From Eutreptiella sp. 'Long Island Sound 2002' (taxonomy: Eukaryota; Protista; Euglenida): DNA of 64,000 nucleotides. The DNA lies in the NCBI GenBank assembly GCA_964036045.1, contig OZ038378.1:170314001-170378000 (forward strand). The letters run 5' to 3'. Under the pieces are notes generated by a model that was given only the letters and a program-made list of their open reading frames with translations, was not told the origin of the DNA and ran no database searches. This document shows positions 34,997 through 45,372 of the stretch, piece by piece (within the stretch, counting starts at the first letter, position 1; every line of letters begins with the position of its first letter). Made by a program: the position numbers and the translations under genes.

Positions 34997-37931
34997 TTAA
35001 TGCAATGAACAAAAAAACCTGTCAGCGTCCTTAGGGACTGCCCCGGTCACGTCCGCCTCCCCCGCAGTCTTTGTGGCCTCGTGGCATGAGTGGAGCCATC
35101 GCAGCCGCTGCGCCACCGACATCAGCAGCCGCTCCACCCTCGTCACGCTGACGGCCTTGTCACGCGGGGCGCCCCGCACCACGTGCGGCCCGGTGAGGCC
35201 GCGCCACGCCCACACGAACCAGTGCGCGCTGGTGTGGGGCATTCCGGCGTAGCAGGACGTGAGCAGCCCCTCGGACGTGGCGGTGCTCATGCCGGCCAAC
35301 AGAAGGCCCGCGGCCGTAACAGGGGAGTGGATGGCGTCCTCGTAGACCAACCGGGCCCAGCGGACCGGCACGGGCCGCCCGTGGCCCTGCACCAAATGCA
35401 CTGGCGCCCCAGTGGCAATGGAGTCCAGGAGCTGGGCGGCGCTGATGTCGGTCGCGCGCGCTGTGGCCGGGTCCTGCACGAAGATGCGGTGGTCAGGGGT
35501 GATGGTGACCGTGGCGTTGGCCGTGTGGATCTCCACGAACAGGAAGGCCGGACCAGGGGAGAACTCCCGGTGGGAGAGGTCCACGACGGGGGAGAAGACG
35601 GGGGCGTGTGAGGCAGGATCGTAGCCAACTACAAGCTCATCCTCCACCTCGACCACCGCGATGGGGACGCTCTCGATGGCCTCGCCGTGGTCTGGGCCGT
35701 CCGTCCGCCTGAGGGCAAGGGTAGAGGCGAAGAGGCACAGAGAGGGGCACGGGCAGGATCAGGAGCAGAGGCAAGGATGGAGACAGTGGCACGGGAAGGG
35801 GCAGGGGCAGCAGAGGTAAACACTACACCTGGCGGTGGTATCACCACTCGTCTCCACTGCCACCACCACCCTTGATGCGCAAGGGTGGTATGACGCAGCT
35901 CCGCAAAACGCATATATGCGATCAACCCGCCCCCCGACTCGGCAAACCTGGCGGCCAACGAGTCGGCAAGCGAGTCGGCGACGTATTTTACCCGGCTTGG
36001 AGGGCGGGATCAAAATTATGGAGGTTGGCACAAAATAAGGCCTATTATGGGGTGTTAGCTGTGCAGGTATCATTCCATTTTGCATGGCACTTCTCAATCA
36101 GTGCTGCACCCAAATTTTTGGTTTTTGGCAACTTCGCCGAATTTCACCGACTCGTTGGGCCCCACGCCGACTTGGGGGGGGGGGGGGGGGGGGTTATGCA
36201 CCAGCAGGGGATGGCCTTACCCAGGCAGCACCCAGGCGATGCTCAGGACCCACACAGCCGGCTCTTCAGCGGTGGCATTACCCTGCACGCTCCAAGCCAC
36301 CAACAGCCTCTTCGTGCATGAGGGCGGGATTACGCCGAGCACTGGCGATTGCAAAGGCCCACTGTGCCACCCTTTGGCGGTGGTGTTTCCTTGCACTCCA
36401 ATAGCAACCGGCAACCTTGTGCCAGACGAGGGTGGAATATGCCATTCATGCATGAGAACAATGACCCATTCTGCCACACATTAGGCAACAGTCTTACAGC
36501 TGGTCTCTGCTTCCACCATCAACCTTGCGCAAGGGTGGTATTACACAGCTCCACACACACATCGACCTCCACACTGTCTGCTCCCAGCTCCTTTTGGTAC
36601 CGTCGCCCCTCGTCGTGCTCGCTAGTGCTACCATCATCCTGCTCCGTCAGGTACTGCTGCCCCGCACCACGCATACTCGTCACTCCACTGCTCCATAGCT
36701 CCTTCCCGCACTGCTGCTCGCAGCACGGGCAGAGGCACAGGAACAGGCAGAGGCAGAGTCCAAGGTGGAGGCAGTGGCAGGGGTAGAGGCGGAAGCCAAG
36801 GCCGAGGCAGAGGCAGAGGCACAAGCAGAGGCACAGGCAGAGGCACAGGCAGAGGTGCAGAGGCAAAGGCAGAGGCAGAGGCGGAGAGAGGGGGGGGGGG
36901 GCGCGGAGGAAAAGAGGCATGGGCAGGAGCAGGGGTAGTACCAGCAGCAGGGGCAGAAGCGAACGCAGGGGCAGAGGCCAACACATAGAGAGCGGGAGGG
37001 GTGGTCCGCGAGCGACCAATGAATTGCTGCCGGTTACTGGCCACGCGTCGTCGGTTGACCAACTGCAGTTGGTTGACCGCCAACGGCTGTCACATTCGAC
37101 ATCGGGGAGGTCTGAGAACGAGGTTCTTTGGCCTTTGATCATGGAGGATGAGGAGGAGGAGCTGCTACTCTCCGTCGCTGATCCTGAGAGCTGAACCGGG
37201 TGCAGGCAGCACGGCACTCCCCGTGTCTCGACTTCGACAATACCGGGGTGACTGACACTCATGGCATCGGAGGGCGTAGGTGCAGTACGAACCCTCCCAA
37301 CGCCATCCTGATGCTATTCCACGCAGGTGGAGGTGGAGACAGAGGGGTAGGGGCTAGCGCAGGCCTGTAGACAAGTCTCTTCCGGCTCCCGCGGTCACTC
37401 TGGACACTCTCGTCTGGGAAAGCCTACCGTTTCCTGCCCACGGGCTCAAAGGGGGTGGCGTTGATCAGCAGCCCAGCTGCATAACCACTGACCCATGCAC
37501 CTCCATGGCCCAGCGCACGGGCAGGGGCAAGGGGCCAGGCGCAAGGACACAGACCTCCGAGCCACACGTGTGTGCCCCGAAAAGCATGGCACTTGCGTAT
37601 TGCAGAGCCATTCGGTGCAGCCGGTCCAGACCGTCTGCGAAGTGAAGGCGCAGCTGATGGCGGCGGTGGCGTCGGTGGTACTGGAGCACGAGGTGTTCGT
37701 GAGCTGCAGCATATCTGTGAAGATTTTGTTGGACTCGGGGCACGTGCAGTAGCGGGTCGAGTCGGTCCTGGCGCTGGCGCTGGCGCTGGCAGAGGCTGCG
37801 GATCTGGAATGGGTGCGGCGGGGTTTCAGGGCGGGGGAACGCTCTTCTGGTTCTTCAGCTTGCGTCAGCTTGTCAGCTTGTGCCGCAGCACAGAGCAGCA
37901 CCACCAACATGGTGAGATGCACAGCAAACAT
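34997..37931 (-). CDS. Secreted Hedgehog-related Hog-domain (Hint + sterol-recognition region) autoprocessing protein, 362 aa; exons 37931-37555 and 35708-34997
   Basis: A phase-2 GT-AG intron (AG|gtctgt ... ccctcag|G) joins VP-CFSGHTRVARR to RTDGPDHGEAIESVPIAVVEVEDELVVGYD...VFSPV. Hint motifs: CF start, TITPDH (TxxH), HSPVTAAG, SCYA, and the Hh-like AHWFVWAWR region. N-terminal hydrophobic signal peptide and a six-Cys domain. Confidence 0.88.
35980..37262 (-). mobile_element. Decayed gag-like retroelement remnant within the Hog gene intron
   Basis: Low-complexity 247-aa ORF, followed in another frame by CLMCGRMGHCSHA* (about 36446-36487), a CCHC knuckle whose last Cys codon is TGA. A weak TSIILIPPSKPGK RT-like motif lies at about 35990-36030. 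Confidence 0.4.
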
Positions 37932-38056
37932 GGCTCTGCAGAGGACAGGATCATTGGAGGGATAGCACCTGTATGCCCAGTGCTGCCGAGTGCCTGCCTG
38001 TTGGTCTACGCACACAAAGATAGCAGTGATGTGGCATTAACGGACGCCCTTGGGGA

Positions 38057-38400
38057 CTAGATACTGTCCAACCACCGTCGGTGACCCTCCGACCACCGTG
38101 ACCCTTCAACCGCCGTTGGTTCCCCTTCAACCGCCGTCAGTGATCCTGCGCCCACCGTCGGTTACCCTCCAACCGCCGTCAGTTACTCCGGAACCGGCGT
38201 GGACAACCCTCTAGCTGCCGTCGGTTACCCTCCTAACTGCCTGGCTGTGTGGAGTGCATACAGAAGCATTTTTCTTTTTCTGCTGTTTGGGACTGCCCTG
38301 GCAGTGACTGTGGTGTGCATGGGTGTGGCACACAGCCCTCAGGCTGCACTTCTGCAGGCAATTCTCGAAAAGTCAACGGGCCATTGGACCAATGCAATCA
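38057..38400. repeat. Inverted copy of the 34560-34988 repeat family, upstream of the Hog gene
   Basis: aaccgccgtc subrepeats. gggactgccctggcagtgac at 38289-38308. Inner end ctagatactgtccaacc mirrors ggttggatgggaactag. Confidence 0.75.
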
Positions 38401-41400
38401 CTGCACAAACTGCGAGGTTCATCTGATATCCCAACTATTCTTCCGCTGGGGGGGGGGGGGGGGTCCTGGTCCTCGGTTTTGGTTGGCACCAGAGCCAACC
38501 GAAACTGAAAGCCAACTGAAAGGTGGACACCAAAGAAAGCTTTTGGCTCAACTGACCTGTGTCAAAGGCACCGGAGAAAAGGCAGCGAAGAAAACTCCAT
38601 TGCCTTCAGGCAAAGCACCTTGAAGAGAGACGAGCAATATTGTGGGAAAGTCGTAAACTAAAAGCTGAAGAAGTTCAACCCATCGCAGTGCAAACATGCC
38701 CCAAAAAGTGCTTTTGGGGGCCAATAAACACCATTGGGAGGGCCTAGTCTCTGAAGCTTCTAAATAGCTTCTAAATAGCTTCTAATACAGTAGAATGCTC
38801 TCAGATGCCATAAAACATTATTATATCACATTCTAAGCATATGAAATGCGATTATTCATGTATGGCAGCTAGTGTAATCTAGATCTCTGCTCTCTATAGT
38901 AGAACTAAGAGTCGCTAACTCTAAATACAACTACATCTAAGCAATCTTCTAAGCCTAACCTAAGATACGAGAATAGCTTATAAAGTATCATGGCTTTGCT
39001 AGGCTTGGAAAGGCTTGTAAAAGGCTCTAAAGAGCTTCTGAATGGCCAATTATTCACCATTTCATTGCACCCTCTTCCTAAGCTTCATGTACTTGTAATT
39101 CACTAATGTGTGTGACAGCGGATAATCATCAACATGGAAGGCTGATGGTTGGCCGGCTCAGGCTTTACCTAGTATGGACTTAAAAAATAAGCATGTATCA
39201 AGAAAAAGGGTTACACCCCTTTCCTAGAGATGAAATTGCCTCTCCACCTCCAAGACAAGACAAGATATATCTAGAGCTAGGCAATCAATAGAACCAACGC
39301 TGAAGGGGTAAGGGTATGAACTCTCTGAATGCTGATCCGGGGGGTTGATGGGGCTTTATAGATTCAAAGAGAGTACGCCTCGATACCTCAATACCTAGAG
39401 CTGTAATGTGCAATTGAATGTTAGATCAAATCCTTGTTTTCAAAGTTGTTGAGCCTTTGGGCCTCCCTCCAAAGGCTGATTCGCGAACAATCTTCTCTGT
39501 AGCCTTAAGAGCCGTAGCTATAGGGCCTACTGAAAGCAGATTGTCTTCTCAATAAAGCGGCATGTCAAAGCAAACTAACACAGTAACGGAACCATGTCAA
39601 ATTTTAGAATGCCTTAGAGAACTCCATGTATCAAAATGCTTGCAGTACTGCTGAGAGGGTAGGGGTGTACTAAACTTGCGACATGCATGACATTGGAGAC
39701 GGAGCCGCAATCCACTAAGGAAGGGCTGAATACCATACGTGCGTTGCACGCATGTGGCATTGGGGCATCATAAGGAACACACATGTGGCATTGGGGCATC
39801 GTAAGGAACATATGGATGGGATTGGGTACTGATTTGCATGAGCACATGTGTGCACTCTTGCACTTGCAGCAAATTTTTATTCGAAGACAAGTGTGGTACC
39901 CTCCATATGGTCCTTGGGAACACGTGCCTACATATGTGTGGGTTGCACATGCAGAGGAGGACAGTGATGAGGAGGATGTTGTGGGTGATGATGGATGTGT
40001 GCGCGCTTTGTTGCACCAAGTTTAACCCTGAGAAGTTGTCAATGTGTGACAGGCGTTAGATGCAATATTTTACGGACTGCATTGACACGCACACATGTGA
40101 CCAAGTAATGGTTCTTTAATTCTACAAGTGTGTCACGTTGGCCTTTTCCATTTCGCATGATGTCTCAAGGGAAGGCAGCTTGCAACTGTCTTGAGGAAGG
40201 GTGGCTGGGGTGGCCTAATTTTGAGGGTGTTTGGAAAGGGTTAGTCTGGGGGCTCTTCAACAGCCTAAAATTAGTGCGCAGTGCAAAGCCCCCCCCCCCC
40301 CCCGCAAAAACAGATAACGCAAATGTGAACATTGTATTATGCGGATCCAGATCTGGATTGGCTTGAAGGACTGCCAACATTACTGCGTATGCATACCTGG
40401 ACGTGCATGTGTGGAGTGCTTTATGACTTGTCTGCAGCCCCCCACCCCATGCACAGTCCCCCAGGATACCTGCAGGGATGGATAACTTGGTGGGGGTGGG
40501 GGATGGGGGGCTCCAGAGGGGGCAAAATAAACTGTTTCCAGTTTACAAAACGGGCTGTCAGCCACTTTGAAGTCCAGCGCCACAGGCACGGAAATTGTTT
40601 TTTTGGGGCCCAAAGGTGTTGTCAAAAAACCTTTTTTGGGGATCAAAAATGGTTGGAAAAAATTTTCGCTGAATCCCAGGGCACATGATGATCTTTCTGT
40701 ACCCCCTTGTTGTGCTGATTTCTGCAGCGATGCATGGCGTTCAAAGCAGTCAATAATAGTCCAACATGGAAAAACCGACCATTGTAGGCCATTTTCAGAG
40801 CTATGTTTTGAGCACTTTTGGGCCAGGAACACGGTGCATAGTTTTGATTGCTTTGGATGCCTATGGCACCACCAAATTCATCCTGCGTACCCAAAACAGT
40901 AAAGCCAAAAAAGCCGTCTTTTTGGCCATTTTTGCCAGTTTCTGGAACTTCGTGGTATTCAACTTCATGCGTCAAGATATCATCCATCCAAATTTGGGAG
41001 GAAACCAAATCAGTAGGGCTGAGTTTGGAGTTTCCCATTTCGCGTGTGCTGCTGCTTGTTGCTGTTCAAAAGAGTAGCTCCGACCTGCGCCCTCACCAGG
41101 ACTGGGTATTGGGACGGAGTTGGTGGGAAAGGGAACATTGCACATTGTACACCATGCATGCTGACACAGCACACTGCACACCTTGTACACTGCACACACT
41201 GCACTTTGACCATCGCATACGGCACACTACACGCTCAGCATAGTGGGCATCGGGTACTGCGCACTCCACGCCCCACGTATCCTGCAGATTCCGCACTCTG
41301 CACACCAATTGTCTGGATTTGGAGATGCAAAGCCAGAACTGACCATTGTAATGCATCCGATCTGCCTGTCTGTGTGTTCAGCACAAAAGCAGGGAACAGC

Positions 41401-42585
41401 AAAACATCGAAAGTTACGCAGTGCCGATCGTGTACTGACCAGTGCAGTTGGTGGCTGGGCAGACGTTGTGGTGGAATGCAGAAAGTTTTACGAAAAATCT
41501 GTGAATACTGTGCACGAGGGGGTGCGTGACCAAACCCCAGGGACACAAAATTCTGCTGGCCAGTGCACAAAAATGCGCATTTGGGCGGTGCCTTACCGAA
41601 TCTCCTCCACAAAACCCACTGGGTCTCAGCACATGGACCACTGCAGACAGGATGGATGGGCCTAAATTGCAGTGTAAAGAGGATGATTTGCCTCCAGATG
41701 TCCAATGCTCTCGGGGCACTGTTGGTTGCGCAGATATTCCCCAGGCATGATTGGGTGCGAAAGACGCTGTGTGGGAGCCTTTCGGGCACAACTGGGCACA
41801 TAAAGAGCAGCCAACTATCGCGTAGGGGGCAGTATAATCACAAGGCGTTGGGGTTCTCGTTATAATTTTGTGGCGTGCCAAGCATGACGGCGGCGGGTCC
41901 AAATTGTCAGGCATTCGGCTAGGGCATGATTGGAAGGAACGCAGCACATCCATCAGCTTGCCGGCCACAACCCGATCCACCAATGAATGCTGAGCATATG
42001 TACCATCCCAACAGGCTGAAACGCCAGTCTGACGTACAAAAGCTGATCAAGTCCAAAGGCGCTAGGCTAAGGACGTATAGGGGGTGAAAGTTAGTGGTCA
42101 GGGGTTAGACTGAAATCAGGCTGGTCTCATTGTGTGACAATGTGCGTGAAAGGGCGACTAACGGAGGCGAACGTTGCAAAGGCTTTCAATACGGATACAC
42201 AGATAACCTGTGGTGCATGTCCTGAGTGAAAGACCAGCCAGGAAAAGAAACGTGCCTTGAACCGCCCATTTGTTTAGGACCAGGAGACAGCATTTGGTGT
42301 TGCTTTATTGGTGCAGCCCGAGACTGCAAAAAGAAATAGATTGCAGTGCCAAAGGCAGTGCGTGCTGACAAATGGAAGGGCCGCCTCCAACTGCATGTGG
42401 GTCAGGAGAAGAGGGTGAAATGGAAAGCAGGTTGTAGATGTGGTTGAATGCAATCATCGGTCCCACGCATGCACACAAGGCGCACATGCATGACACCCAA
42501 GCGCACTCACCCGTGTCCACTGCTCCTTAGCATGCAAGCGTACCCACACAAGCATTCGTGTGTTGCTCGCTTCTCGCAAACTGCC

Positions 42586-45287
42586 TCAGTCCTTCTTCTT
42601 GGCTTTGGTCGTCTTGCCAGCGGTTTGCGCAGCTGCGGACCTCCAAAAGTCGGGGTGGTCTTTAAACCATGCGATCATATCCTGCCAACCATCTTCGAAC
42701 TTAATCAAAGGCTTGTACCCCAAGTCCCTGTGACATAGTACCCGATGGGTGGTGTTTGTGAGATGATGCCCTGCATGCAGCACATTCGAAAACGTTCGTG
42801 CTGCGGTTGGACGTTGAGGCCAAAGATGATGATTTTGGGCGCACAAATTGCGTCCAAAACCCGTCCAGGACCACTGTTCAAAGCACGCCCTGGATAGGTC
42901 TAGCGAGCATCCAGCAGCAGCGCTTCTGGCCGCGACCCATCTCCCCGCTGCCCACTCCCCAATCCCCGCACACAAACGAGCTCAATGAACAACGCAGGTC
43001 ACACTGAGACAAAACACGGGACACCAGTTGGCCATACTGGGCACACATTTCACGTCAGGGCTCCTCCACTCTCAATGCTTTGTCTGACCACTACCCGCCC
43101 AGACATGGCATCAGGGCCTCCGCCTTGGGATGGGCAACAATAAGAAAAATATGTCCATCGCTTAGAGAAACCGTTAATGATTACTTACCCCCATGATCAA
43201 CCCCAACTTGGCCCATGAAGACATAATTTGAAGGGTCTCAAAATTGTGTCTATTGATCAACGCATCAGGGTGGGCCAAATTGTGTGTGTCGGCGTACACT
43301 GCAAAGTGGGAGGGTCCAGCACGTCCCTTGGTGTTTGACAAGTGGTGCTCTCCTGGAGTTTGGAAGAACAACGCATCCCCCCCCCCCCCACAAAAAAACA
43401 CGAGCACTGGACACAGCTTGTACTACACGGGATCCAACCGGCCTTTATGGAGCCCCCCCTCCCTGCCCCCCCGAGCGCTGGACACTGGTTGTACTGCACG
43501 GCACCCAACAGTATGGGTTGGCCCCCCCTCCCCGCCTTTCCCCATGGCAGCAACCGGCCCTGTTCATGATATGTAGTGCTGCATCACATGGCCAATGGAA
43601 TGCAGTAGAAAACCAGGGGACAGGAGTAGGAGGAGGAGATGCGGCTGATCATCGCTACTGCTCGACATCCCCATGGTGCCGACAGCCCCCACCAGCGGAT
43701 TCGCCTGTACTGGTGAGGTGACCCCGAGAGCCTGCCCTGTCTAAGCATCATGGCGGCGTCTCTCTCCTCTTTGTCTCCTCCGTTCAGAGCCCGGCCCAAC
43801 GACCTCCATTTGCGATGGGCTTCACCCGGCCTCCAGGAACAGGGGTGGTACCCTGGCCCCGGCTCCTCTTCCGGTCCCTAGTTCCCCCCTGTGTGACATT
43901 CCGTCGGGTTGCTGTTTCTTTACGGGGCCCTGGACAGTCACCCGTTCTTCCCTTTGCATGCTGCGTCTGGTCGCTGTGTTTTGTCAGCTGCTGCGGCCTG
44001 TGCTGGTTGCGGCGGGTGCCGTTTGTACGTTAGCAGTGCCCAGTAGTTGGCGTACTGAGGTTGTGCTGTTGTTGCCGGGGTCGTTTGACGGTTTTCGCTG
44101 CCCACGCACCTCCGCTCTGCGGTCGTCCACCACCTGCTTCGCCGCGTTTCCATGTGGGTGAGGCCCAGGTGCCCCACTCCTCCGCGCGTTGTCCTGGCCG
44201 TCCACCACGTACGCTCCCCCACATGGTGGGTCGCGCATGCGCATGGCGCGCTCCTTGATTGATGGTCGCGGGTGGCGTGCGCTTCGCGGGTGGCGTGAAC
44301 TCCGTTATGGTTGACGCGGGTGGCGTGTGCGCCCGCGCGGTGTCCCGGGTGATTTACAATGCACGGTGGCCGCGCCGTCGTCCTTGGTTCTGCCCACTCC
44401 GGTTTTGTCGGAGATTCCTTCCCTTCCCTGGCCCACCACTCCTTTCCCCAGTGGTGGCCCACTAGGCGCTGGATCCCCTAGGCGCAGGCGAACAATGACG
44501 TTGCGCTGCAGGGGCCCCAGGGTTGGCCCTCTGGGTGCCCCATCCCCTGCGTGCACTGACAGCTCCACAGATCGCCTCAGGGGCCCCAGTGGAGACCCAC
44601 TGGGTGCTGGATCCCCTGGGCACAGGCAAACAAGGATGTTGCGCTGCAGGGCCCCCAGGGTAGGCCCTCTGGGTGCCCGATTCCCTGCGCGCACTGACAG
44701 TTCCACAGGACGCCTCAGGGGCCCCAGTGGTGGCCCACTGGGTGCCGGATCCCCTGTTATGGGCGTTGCTAACCCCCCTGTTGGGTCACTCAGTCTCGTT
44801 GACGTCGGCAGTTCCTGGTGTGCGGCACCCCTTACACCGTCCCGTACCCCTTACACCTCCCCCAAATCCGGCATGGCCTGGACAACACGGTACCACGACA
44901 CAGTTCACCGATCGACAAACCTCTCAGCATTGGAGATATCAAACCAGCGATGGATGTACAGCATTTTGACCGTGAATGGAGTCAACTTGAACTTCCTCCT
45001 TAGGATGAATCCGAGGACGTTGCAGATGTAAGCCACGGTCATCATCAACCAAATAGGTAGCTTTGTTTTCGTGAACAGGCTGAGGGAACAACGAATGCAG
45101 ATGAAAAGATTCACACGCCAACACCGTGTAGTGTCCAGACCACACATGTGGCCCCACTTAACAAGGTCACGCAACCAAAACTAATCTAGCGCGATCGTGG
45201 AAACACAGCTGGGCGCAGGCTCATCAATCCTGGAGCTCAGCTGGATACAGCCAACACACAGTCAGCCGACCTAGCGCTCGTCACACT

Positions 45288-45372
<85 letters not shown>

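Noticed and set aside
43807-44440. GC-rich segment in NSDHL intron 6 that looks like an interspersed repeat
   Set aside because: No second copy, TIR or TSD is visible in this window, so it cannot be supported.
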